From positions 112,098,001 to 112,162,000 of the forward strand of contig CM059432.1 of NCBI GenBank assembly GCA_030390025.1: a stretch of 64,000 nucleotides of DNA. The letters are read 5' to 3'. Positions 1-11,400 of the stretch are shown here, piece by piece. The translations under genes were made by a program, and so were the position numbers. How positions within the stretch are numbered: position 1 is the stretch's first letter; each line of letters begins with the position of its first letter. The stretch comes from Squalus acanthias. Taxonomy: Eukaryota. The notes beneath the pieces were generated by a model. The model worked only from the letters and a program-made list of their open reading frames with translations, was not told where the DNA came from and ran no database searches.

Positions 1-153
1 GCCTAGTGCCACAGGCCTAGTCGCCTGCAGCCAGCCAGCCTCTCAATCTGGCTGGCTGCGGATGGGAAACAGGTTTCCCCTGCAAATCAGGCCCTGCCAT
101 TTAATTCGCATTCTCCCGTGCTCCCAACCCGCCTTCCCATTAAAATTCAGGCC
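1..153. mobile_element. Probable right-hand fragment of a GC-rich non-autonomous DNA transposon (MITE-like), cut by the window edge
   Basis: GC-rich stretch with an internal 12-bp perfect inverted repeat. It ends at AAAATTCAGGCC (142-153), after which the sequence turns AT-rich. The reverse complement GCCTGAATTTT recurs at 754-764, consistent with a dispersed terminal motif. No partner terminus is visible; family is inference. Confidence 0.3.
27..59. repeat. Perfect 12-bp inverted repeat with 9-nt loop
   Basis: GCAGCCAGCCAG (27-38) and CTGGCTGGCTGC (48-59) are exact reverse complements. Confidence 0.85.
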
Positions 154-1009
154 AATGTGCCTAAATAGTTGTAGTTTTTATCCCTGCGTATTAGCTTAGT
201 TGAAACTGATCCATAATTAGTATAAGAGGGAAACTCACAAAGTGACAAACAAACCTGGAATGCAACAGACAGAAAATCCAGGATTGTAAAGCATTGAAAC
301 AAATGTTGCGAGGCAAACTTGTCTGCATACAAGTTAAATCCCAAAAGTTACTTTGACAAAGTTTAATTGTTTTGCATCCTGTAGAAATATTGGTAACTAG
401 ACATAAAAATAGATTAGTTTGTGGAATTTAGCGCAAGAGCTCTGAATTAGTGCTCAGCTTTGCTAGAGGGGTTATTTTAAGCAAGTATAAATTGTGCTGG
501 AAACGGCGGTGCTTTACAACAAGATTGTCTTTTAGGTGGCCTTTGTCTAGATGGTGTTGATAAAGCCACCCTATTGGTAGCATAGTGCGCGTGCTACAGT
601 TCCTCATGATTTGCTTCTTCAAGAGAGACTGAGGGGTAATTTTACAACGTTGCAGCCTCACCCATCAGGAGCACATATCAGAAATTCAGACACATACTGT
701 GTACAATTTTCCAACCATTAATTTTAAATGATCAAAAAATTGTGAGAGTGTATGCCTGAATTTTCTTTCGCTGGCACTGGAAAGTCAGATAATTTCACCT
801 TCAATTGTTTTCTCCTCCATGGCTAGGACTCTCACTCAACATTTATATAATTCAGCAGCATTTTAACAGCACTCCTAAATTATTGCACAACCTGAGGGTG
901 GTCTTGGACTTACCAGAATTGTGTACAGCTAATTCTCTCCATACCAGTCTGAAAGGAAAGAAGCAATAGCAGGTAAATTAAAATATTCAATTCCAGCACA
1001 TTAGACATC

Positions 1010-1507
1010 ATGGAGTAAATTTACACTCGTTTTACAGGTGCAAAACAGGCACAAACAACTGCCAATTTCAGTTATCAATGTCCTGCACCTCAAGGACACC
1101 TGAAAAACCTCCGACCCGATAGTGGATTGGGCTATTTTGCAGGTGTCCCTGGAGGCATTAGGCTGTTTCTGAATACTTGTTTTAGGCCCCCTCTGCCAAA
1201 TTGGATTCTGATGACCGGAGTAGGGTCTCGTCCTGTTCCGCAGGTAATTCCTAAACAGTCGCTGTGGCCTAAACAGCAACAGCCACCAGAAGATTTTTCT
1301 AAAAATCGTACCTGTGGCGTGAAGAGCAGCAGGAGTGCTCCCCCTGAGTCCACAGTACTCGCAATCACTCTTCACCCCTGTTGTTGCTCCACTTCCCTCC
1401 CCTCCCGGGACCTACCTTAGGGTTGCTTGCCCAAAATTAATTTACTTAAAAGGGGCGACAGGTGCCGGAAGCTCACCCAAATAAGGCCTGAAACCGAATT
1501 TTGGCCC
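1010..1507. mobile_element. Possible degraded GC-rich dispersed repeat (MITE-like)
   Basis: Locally higher GC/CpG than its flanks. Bounded by GGAGTAAATTT (~1012) and GAATTTTGGCCC (1496-1507), which look like transposon-terminus motifs but are not an exact TIR pair. Overlapping ORFs have no recognisable domain. Confidence 0.2.
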
Positions 1508-2760
1508 AGCATTGGGTCTCCCGGTTTGGGCGCACCCTGACGCACCCTGACCATTGGTTGTGTGCTTGAAAATACCCCCATGGTGTCTAATGGAAGGCAA
1601 AATATGCACCAGGTTAAATGCGGTCAGTATCATGCCAATACCAACATCCATTGTGGAAATGTGTTCATGTCTTCTCGTGTTAATTTGGCAACATAAGCTG
1701 GAGATGGTCGAACCAGCCAATATTGCGCTGGTATAGTGCTTTGGTATATTTCTTGTTCTCTCAGATTACCAGGTTTTCAATGATCAATAAATGTTGTGCA
1801 GAAGACAAAGGCTACCTGCAAGTGACCTGCAAGACAGTAATCCAACTGAAGAGTTTAGATAGAGTCCCAAAAGTGCGAGAGTGGTTTACGTTCATCCTAT
1901 GACCTGTGAGATTGGATTTCTGCCTCAGACTCAGACCATTTCTGCAATTTTAAAAATCATTTTTAGAAATGGGGACAAAAATCACAGTGATGAAGCATAC
2001 TTTTACAAAAAAGAAATTCCTGCAAAAGCAATTAGCTTTCAGTGGCCTATTTAGTAGTACTTACCCACCTTTGCCAAAGAGACCAGGCTGAGTTACGTAT
2101 ACTGCACTGCTCAGCAAGCTTTCCTGTTTAACAAATTCCTATATTTCGAGTGAATACTTGCATTATCTCAACTACCACTTACTCATGTATATGCATATAA
2201 ATACAGTAGTGCACTGTTCAGATCAATGCAGTTTTTCATTCTGAGAACATTCCCAGGCATTTTGTGGCCAGATACTGTACCCTGCCATTTGTAAACACTC
2301 AAGACTTCTGGGACTTGTATCCCTAGCTGCTGTACCAATCAAAAGTTATTGTTTTGTTTCATGTTTCTATTAATGTATTACAATTGAATATTATTTATTC
2401 ATAATACAGTCAGTAACACCTCAATATGTCACAATATGTACAGGTTAGTCAATTTCCCTGTCATCTGTTGTGGGGGAGGAGAAGAAATGCTATGACCACA
2501 CGTTGACTTATGGCCATATATATTTCTGGGCCTTGCATTATAACACTGGATATAATTTTGGTCATATTGCCTAAAATGTTAACGTCTTCTTCAAATTGAC
2601 ACTGGATAAACTTCCAGTTCAAAACAGCTGTCAAACCAATGAAGAGAAGCGGTTTCAAATGGAAATTCATTACCTGGTATATCTGAGTGAATGTAAGGCA
2701 ATTATTGAATCTCGGGGTTCAGATGAGAAAGCATTCTGTAGGGAAATTCATCTGAACTGG

Positions 2761-2776
2761 ATTACAGTACTGTAAT
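2761..2776. repeat. Perfect 16-bp palindrome ATTACAGTACTGTAAT
   Basis: Self-reverse-complementary; ends ~110 bp before the satellite start. Confidence 0.8.
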
Positions 2777-3030
2777 TCATTTTTGATTATCAAATTAACA
2801 TCTGGATAATGGAAGAAACTTTCAAAGTTTGCCCTCACCTGCTAAAAGCACTTACTCGAGAATTTCTCTCTCACGTATATCTGTTAATGGACTAGTAATC
2901 CAGAGTCCTGGACTAGTAATCCAGAGTCCTGGACCAGTAATCCAGAGTCCTGGACCAATAATCCAGAGTCCTGGACCAATAATCCAGAGACCTGGACCAA
3001 TAATCCAGAGTCCTGGACCAATAATCCAGA

Positions 3031-5743
3031 GTCCTTAACCAATAATCCAGAGTCCTGGACCAGTAATCCAGAGTCCTGGACCAGTAATCCAGAGTCCTGG
3101 ACCAGTAATCCAGAGTCCTGGACCAGTAATCCAGAGTCCTGGACCAGTAATCCAGAGTCCTGGACCAGAAATCCAGAGTCCTGGACCAGTAATCCAGAGT
3201 CCTGGACCAGTAATCCAGAGTCCTGGACCAGTAATCCAGAGTCCTGGACCAGTAATCCAGAGTCCTGGACCAATAATCCAGAGTCCTGGACCAGTAATCC
3301 AGAGTCCTGGACCAGTAATCCAGAGTCCTGGACCAGTAATCCAGAATCCTGGACTAGTAATCCAGAGTCCTGGACTAGTAATCCAGTGTTCTGGACTAGT
3401 AATCCAGAGTCCTGGACAAATAATCCAGAGTCCTGGACTGGTAATCCGGAGTCCTGGCCTAATAATCCAGAGTGCTGGCCTAATAATCCAGAGTCCTGGA
3501 CAAATCATCCAGAGTCCTGGACAAATAATCCAGAGTCCTGGACAAATAATCCAGAGTCCTGGGCTAATAATCCAGAGTCCTGGACTGGTAATCCAGAGTC
3601 CTGGGCTAATAATCCAGAGTCCTGGACTGGTAATCCAGAGTCCTGGCCAAATAATCCTGAGTCCTGGCCAAATAATCCTGAGTCCTGGCCAAATAATCCT
3701 GAGTCATGGCCAAATAATCCAGAGTCCTGGCCAAATAATCCAGCGTCCTGGACAAATAATCCAGAGTCCTGGGCTAATAAACCAGAGTCCAAGACAAATA
3801 ATCCAGAGTCCTAGACTAGTAATCCAGAGTCCTGGACTGGTAATCCAGAGTCCTGGAGAAATAATCCAGAGTCCTGGAGAAATAATCCAGAGACCTGGAG
3901 AAATAGTTCAGAGTCCTGGAGAAATAATCCAGAGATCTGGACAAATAATCCAGAGTCCTGGACTAATAATTCAGAGTCCTGGACTAGTAAACCAGATTCC
4001 TGTACAAATGATTCAGAGTCCTGGACTAATAATTCAGAGTCCTGGACAAATAATCCAGAGTCCTGGACTAATAATCCAGACTCCTGGACTAATGATTCAG
4101 AGTCCTGGACTAATAATCCAGAGTCCTGGGCAAATAATCCAGAGTCCTGGTCAAATAATCCAGATTCCTGGACAAATAATCCAGAGTCCTGGGCTAATAA
4201 TCCAGAGTCCTGGACTGGTAATCCAGAGTCCTGGGCTAATAATCCAGAGTCCTGGACTGGTAATCCAGAGTCCTGGCCAAATAATCCTGAGTCCTGGCCA
4301 AATAATCCAGAGTCCTGGACTAATAATCCAGAGTCCTGGGCAAATAATCCAGAGTCCTGGTCAAATAATCCAGATTCCTGGACTAGTAATCAGGAGTCCT
4401 GGATTTATAATACAGAGTCCTGGACAAATAATCCAGAGTCCTGGACAAATAATCCAGAGTCCTTGGCTAATAATCCAGAGTCCAAGACAAATAATCCAGA
4501 GTCCTGGACTGGTAATCCAGAGTCCTTAACCAATAATCCAGAGTCCTGGACCAGTAATCCAGAGTCCTGGACCAGTAATCCAGAGTCCTGGACCAGTAAT
4601 CCAGAGTCCTGGACCAGTAATCCAGAGTCCTGGACCAGTAATCCAGAGTCCTGGACCAGAAATCCAGAGTCCTGGACCAGTAATCCAGAGTCCTGGACCA
4701 GTAATCCAGAGTCCTGGACCAATAATCCAGAGTCCTGGACCAGTAATCCAGAGTCCTGGACCAGTAATCCAGAGTCCTGGACTAGTAATCCAGAATCCTG
4801 GACTAGTAATCCAGAGTCCTGGACTAGTAATCCAGTGTTCTGGACTAGTAATCCAGAGTCCTGGACAAATAATCCAGAGTCCTGGACTGGTAATCCGGAG
4901 TCCTGGCCTAATAATCCAGAGTGCTGGCCTAATAATCCAGAGTCCTGGACAAATCATCCAGAGTCCTGGACAAATAATCCAGAGTCCTGGACAAATAATC
5001 CAGAGTCCTGGGCTAATAATCCAGAGTCCTGGACTGGTAATCCAGAGTCCTGGGCTAATAATCCAGAGTCCTGGACTGGTAATCCAGAGTCCTGGCCAAA
5101 TAATCCTGAGTCCTGGCCAAATAATCCTGAGTCCTGGCAAAATAATCCTGAGTCATGGCCAAATAATCCAGAGTCCTGGCCAAATAATCCAGCGTCCTGG
5201 ACAAATAATCCAGAGTCCTGGGCTAATAAACCAGAGTCCAAGACAAATAATCCAGAGTCCTAGACTAGTAATCCAGAGTCCTGGACTGGTAATCCAGAGT
5301 CCTGGAGAAATAATCCAGAGTCCTGGAGAAATAATCCAGAGACCTGGAGAAATAGTTCAGAGTCCTGGAGAAATAATCCAGAGATCTGGACAAATAATCC
5401 AGAGTCCTGGACTAATAATTCAGAGTCCTGGACTAATAATCCAGATTCCTGGACAAATGATTCAGAGTCCTGGACTAATAATCCAGAGTCCTGGGCTAAT
5501 AATCCAGAGTCCTGGACAAATAATCCAGAGTCCTGGACTAATAATTAAGAGTCCTGGGCAAATAATCCAGAGTCCTGGTCAAATAATCCAGATTCCTGGA
5601 CTAGTAATCAGGAGTCCTGGATTTATAATACAGAGTCCTGGACAAATAATCCAGAGTCTTGGACAAATAATCCAGAGTCCTTGGCTAATAATCCAGAGTC
5701 CAAGACAAATAATCCAGAGTCCTGGACTGGTAATCCAGAGTCC
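3031..5743. repeat. Tandem HOR duplication, offset 1449-1491 bp (69-71 monomers)
   Basis: Rare marker GTCCTTAACC at 3031 and 4522 (offset 1491); ATCCAGTGTT at 3381 and 4830 (offset 1449). Confidence 0.85.
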
Positions 5744-6449
5744 TAGACTAGTAATCCAGAGTCCTGGAGAAATAGTCCAGAGTCCTGGAGAAATAATCCA
5801 GAGCCCTGGAGAAATAATCCAGAGTCCTGGACTAATAATCCAGAGTCTTGGACTAATAATCCAGAGTCCTGGACTAATAATCCAGGGTCCTGGACAAATA
5901 ATCCAGAGCCCTGGAATAATAATCCAGATTCCTGGACTAGTAATCCGGAGTCCTGGATTTATAATCCAGAGTCCTGAACAAATAATCCAGAGTCCTGGGC
6001 TAATAATCCAGAGTCCTGGACTGGTAATCCAGAGGCCTGGACTAGTAATCCTGAGTCATGGCCAAATAATCCAGAGTCCTGGCCAAATAATCCAGAGTCC
6101 TGGCCAAATAATCCTGAGTCCTGGCCAAATAATCCTGAGTCATGGCCAAATAATCCAGAGTCCTGGCCAAATAATCCAGAATCCTGGACAAATAATCCAG
6201 AGTCCTGGGCTAATAAACCAGAGTCCAAGACAAATAATCCAGAGTCCTAGACTAGTAATCCAGAGTCCTGGACTGGTAATCCAGAGTCCTGGAGAAATAA
6301 TCCAGAGTCCTGGAGAAATAATCCAGAGATCTGGAGAAATAATCCAGAGTCCTGGACTAATAATTCAGAGTCCTGGAGAAATAATCCAGAGTCCTGGACT
6401 AATAATCCAGATTCCTGGACTAATCATACAGAGTCCTGGACTAATAATC

Positions 6450-8480
6450 CAGAGTCCTGGGCTAATAATCCAGAGTCCTGGACAAATAATCCAGAGTCCT
6501 TGGCTAAAAATCCAGAGTCCTAGACTAGTAATCCAGAGTCCTGGAGAAATAGTCCAGAGTCCTGGAGAAATAATCCAGAGCCCTGGAGAAATAATCCAGA
6601 GCCCTGGACTAATAATCCAGAGTCCTGGACTAGTAATCCGGAGTCCTGGCCAAATAATCCTGAGTCATGGCCAAATAATCCAGTGTCCTGGCCAGATAAT
6701 CCTGAGTCATGGCCAAATAATCCAGAGTCCTGGACTAGTAATCCAGTGTCCTGGACTAGTAATCCAGAGTCCACGACAAATAATCCAGTGTCCTGGACTA
6801 GTAATCCACAGTTCTGGACTAATAATCCAGAGTCATGGACAAAGAATCCAGAGTCCTGGACTAGTAATCCAGTGTCCTGGACTAGTAATCCAGTGTCCTG
6901 GACCAGTATACCAGAGTCCTGGATTAGTAATCCAGAGTCCTGGACTAATAATCCGGAGTCCTGGACTAGTAATCCAGAGTCCTGGACGAATAATACAGAG
7001 TCCTCGACTAGTAATCCAGAGTCCTGCACAAATAATCCGGAGTCCTGGACTAGTAATCCAGAGTCCTGGACAAATAATCCAGGGTCCTGGACTGGTAATC
7101 CGGAGTCCTGGACAAATAATCCAGAGTCCTGGCCAAATAATCCAGAGTCCTGGCCAAATAATCCAGAGTCCTGGCCAAATAATCCAGAGTCCTGGCCAAA
7201 TAATCCAGAGTCCTGGCCAAATAATCCAGAGTCCTGGACAAATAATCCAGAGTCCTTGGCTAATAATCCAGAGTCCAGGACAAATAATCCAGAGTCCTAG
7301 ACTAGTAATCCAGAGTCCTGGAGAAATAGTCCAGAGTCCTGGAGAAATAATCCAGAGCCCTGGAGAAATAAACCAGAGTCCTGGACTAATAATCCAGAGT
7401 CCTGGACTTATAATCCAGAGTCCTGGACAAATAATCCAGTGTCCTGGCCAAATAATCCTGAGTCCTGGACAAATAATCCAGAGTCCTGGACTAATAATCC
7501 AGAGTCCTGGGCTAATAATCCAGAGTCCTGGACAAATAATCCAGAGTCCTTGGCTAAAAATCCAGAGTCCTAGACTAGTAATCCAGAGTCCTGGAGAAAT
7601 AGTCCAGAGTCCTGGAGAAATAATCCAGAGCCCTGGAGAAATAATCCAGAGCCCTGGACTAATAATCCAGAGTCCTGGTCTAGTAATCCGGAGTCCTGGC
7701 CAAATAATCCTGAGTCATGGCCAAATAATCCAGTGTCCTGGCCAGATAATCCTGAGTCATGGCCAAATAATCCAGAGTCCTGGACTAGTAATCCAGTGTC
7801 CTGGACTAGTAATCCAGAGTCCACGACAAATAATCCAGTGTCCTGGACTAGTAATCCACAGTTCTGGACTAATAATCCAGAGTCATGGACAAAGAATCCA
7901 GAGTCCTGGACTAGTAATCCAGTGTCCTGGACTAGTAATCCAGTGTCCTGGACCAGTATACCAGAGTCCTGGACTAGTAATCCAGAGTCCTGGACTAATA
8001 ATCCGGAGTCCTGGACTAGTAATCCAGAGTCCTGGACGAATAATACAGAGTCCTCGACTAGTAATCCAGAGTCCTGCACAAATAATCCGGAGTCCTGGAC
8101 TAGTAATCCAGAGTCCTGGACAAATAATCCAGGGTCCTGGACTGGTAATCCGGAGTCCTGGCCAAATAATCCAGAGTCCTGGCCAAATAATCCAGAGTCC
8201 TGGCCAAATAATCCAGAGTCCTGGCCAAATAATCCAGAGTCCTGGCCAAATAATCCAGAGTCCTGGACAAATAATCCAGAGTCCTTGGCTAATAATCCAG
8301 AGTCCAGGACAAATAATCCAGAGTCCTAGACTAGTAATCCAGAGTCCTGGAGAAATAGTCCAGAGTCCTGGAGAAATAATCCAGAGCCCTGGAGAAATAA
8401 ACCAGAGTCCTGGACTAATAATCCAGAGTCCTGGACTTATAATCCAGAGTCCTGGACAAATAATCCAGTGTCCTGGCCAA
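6450..8480. repeat. Tandem HOR duplication, offset 1050 bp (50 monomers)
   Basis: Near-identical translations in the ORF track at 6520-7029 and 7570-8079, with shared rare variants (GTCCACGACAAA, ACCAGTATACCAG, TCCTCGACT). Confidence 0.85.
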
Positions 8481-11400
8481 ATAATCCTGAGTCATGGCCA
8501 AATAATCCAGTGTCCTGGACAAGTAATCCAGAGTCCTGGACTAGTAATCCACAGTTCTGGACTAATAATCCAGTGTCCTGGACAAATAATAAAGAGTCCT
8601 GGACTGGTAATCCAGTGTCCGAGACTAGTAATTCAGATCCTGGACTAATAATCCAGTGTCCTGGACTAGTAATCCAGAGTCCTGGACTAGTAATCCAGAG
8701 TCCTGGACTAGTAATCCAGAGTCTTGGACTAATAATCCAGAGTCCTGGACAAGTAATCCAGAGTCCTGGACAAATAATCCAGAGTCCTGGGCTAATAAAC
8801 CAGAGTCCAAGACAAATAATCCAGAGTCCTAGACTAGTAATCCAGAGTCCTGGACTGGTAATCCAGAGTCCTGGAGAAATAATCCAGAGTCCTGGAGAAA
8901 TATTTCAGAGCCCTGGAGAAATAATCCAGAGATCTGGACAAATAATCCAGAGTCCTGGCCAAATAATCCAGAGTCCTGGCCAAATAATCCAGAGTCCTGG
9001 ACAAATAATCCAGAGTCCTTGGCTAATAATCCAGAGTCCAGGACAAATAATCCAGAGTCCTAGACTAGTAATCCAGAGTCCTGGAGAAATAGTCCAGAGT
9101 CCTGGAGAAATAATCCAGAGCCCTGGAGAAATAAACCAGAGTCCTGGACTAATAATCCAGAGTCCTGGACTTATAATCCAGAGTCCTGGACAAATAATCC
9201 AGTGTCCTGGCCAAATAATCCTGAGTCATGGCCAAATAATCCAGTGTCCTGGACAAGTAATCCAGAGTCCTGGACTAGTAATCCACAGTTCTGGACTAAT
9301 AATCCAGTGTCCTGGACAAATAATAAAGAGTCCTGGACTGGTAATCCAGTGTCCGAGACTAGTAATTCAGATCCTGGACTAATAATCCAGTGTCCTGGAC
9401 TAGTAATCCAGAGTCCTGGACTAGTAATCCAGAGTCCTGGACTAGTAATCCAGAGTCTTGGAATAATAATCCAGAGTCCTGGACAAGTAATCCAGAGTCC
9501 TGGACAAATAATCCAGAGTCCTGGGCTAATAAACCAGAGTCCAAGACAAATAATCCAGAGTCCTAGACTAGTAATCCAGAGTCCTGGACTGGTAATCCAG
9601 AGTCCTGGAGAAATAATCCAGAGTCCTGGAGAAATATTTCAGAGCCCTGGAGAAATAATCCAGAGATCTGGACAAATAATCCAGAGTCCTGGCCAAATAA
9701 TCCAGAGATCTGGACAAATAATCCAGAGTCCTGGCCAAATAATCCAGAGTCCTGGCCAAATAATCCAGAGTCCTGGACAAATAATCCAGAGTCCTTGGCT
9801 AATAATCCAGAGTCCAGGACAAATAATCCAGAGTCCTAGACTAGTAATCCAGAGTCCTGGAGAAATAGTCCAGAGTCCTGGAGAAATAATCCAGAGCCCT
9901 GGAGAAATAAACCAGAGTCCTGGACTAATAATCCAGAGTCCTGGACTTATAATCCAGAGTCCTGGACAAATAATCCAGTGTCCTGGCCAAATAATCCTGA
10001 GTCATGGCCAAATAATCCAGTGTCCTGGACAAGTAATCCAGAGTCCTGGACTAGTAATCCACAGTTCTGGACTAATAATCCAGTGTCCTGGACAAATAAT
10101 AAAGAGTCCTGGACTGGTAATCCAGTGTCCGAGACTAGTAATTCAGATCCTGGACTAATAATCCAGTGTCCTGGACTAGTAATCCAGAGTCCTGGACTAG
10201 TAATCCAGAGTCCTGGACTAGTAATCCAGAGTCTTGGACTAATAATCCAGAGTCCTGGACAAGTAATCCAGAGTCCTGGACAAATAATCCAGAGTCCTGG
10301 GCTAATAAACCAGAGTCCAAGACAAATAATCCAGAGTCCTAGACTAGTAATCCAGAGTCCTGGACTGGTAATCCAGAGTCCTGGAGAAATAATCCAGAGT
10401 CCTGGAGAAATATTTCAGAGCCCTGGAGAAATAATCCAGAGATCTGGACAAATAATCCAGAGTCCTGGACTAATAATTCAGAGTCCTGGAGAAATAATCC
10501 AGAGTCCTGGACTAATAATCCAGATTCCTGGACTAATCATACAGAGTCCTGGACTAATAATCCACAGTCCTGGGCTAATAATCCAGAGTCCTGGACAAAT
10601 AATCCAGAGTCCTTGGCTAAAAATCCAGAGTCCTAGACTAGTAATCCAGAGTCCTGGAGAAATAGTCCAGAGTCCTGGAGAAATAATCCAGAGCCCTGGA
10701 GAAATAATCCAGAGTCCTGGACTAATAATCCAGAGTCCTGGACTAGTAATCCGGAGTCCTGGCCAAATAATCCTGAGTCATGGCCAAATAATCCAGTGTC
10801 CTGGCCAGATAATCCTGAGTCATGGCCAAATAATCCAGAGTCCTGGACTAGTAATCCAGTGTCCTGGACTAATAATCCAGAGTCCTGGACTAGTAATCCG
10901 GAGTCCTGGCCAAATAATCCTGAGTCATGGCCAAATAATCCAGTGTCCTGGCCAGATAATCCTGAGTCATGGCCAAATAATCCAGAGTCCTGGACTAGTA
11001 ATCCAGTGTCCTGGACTAGTAATCCAGAGTCCACGACAAATAATCCAGTGTCCTGGACTAGTAATCCACAGTTCTGGACTAATAATCCAGAGTCCTGGAC
11101 AAAGAATCCAGAGTCCTGGACTAGTAATCCAGTGTCCTGGACTAGTAATCCAGTGTCCTGGACCAGTAAACCAGAGTCCTGGACTAGTAATCCAGAGTCC
11201 TGGACTAATAATCCGGAGTCCTGGACTAGTAATCCAGAGTCCTGGACTTATAATACAGAGTCCTCGACTAGTAATCCAGAGTCCTGCACAAATAATCCGG
11301 AGTCCTGGACTAGTAATCCAGAGTCCTGGACAAATAATCCAGGGTCCTGGACTGGTAATCCGGAGTCCTGGACAAATAATCCAGAGTCCTGGCCAAATAA

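Noticed and set aside
1531..1550. 10-bp tandem duplication CGCACCCTGA x2
   Set aside because: Real, but an ordinary local slippage event with no further significance.
1765..1902. Possible plus-strand terminal exon after TTTCTTGTTCTCTCAG
   Set aside because: The acceptor looks good but the 45-aa frame is unrecognisable and has no supported upstream exon.
147..2670. Short ORFs in the unique flank (60-124 aa)
   Set aside because: No recognisable domains, mostly non-ATG starts, and overlapping on both strands as expected by chance.
2064..2735. Possible minus-strand micro-exons (~2064-2123 and ~2674-2735) bounded by AG/GT
   Set aside because: Translations are unrecognisable and polypyrimidine tracts are weak; RNA-seq or homology would be needed.
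5457..8648. 1063-aa ORF and other long repeat ORFs (IIQSPGL, NNPESWT, VQDSGLL, WITSPGL heptads) as a repetitive protein gene
   Set aside because: The 21-bp unit is stop-free in two frames per strand, so long ORFs are automatic. They overlap on both strands, are broken by recurrent 1-bp indels and nonsense variants, and have no unique domain, signal peptide or evident splice context.
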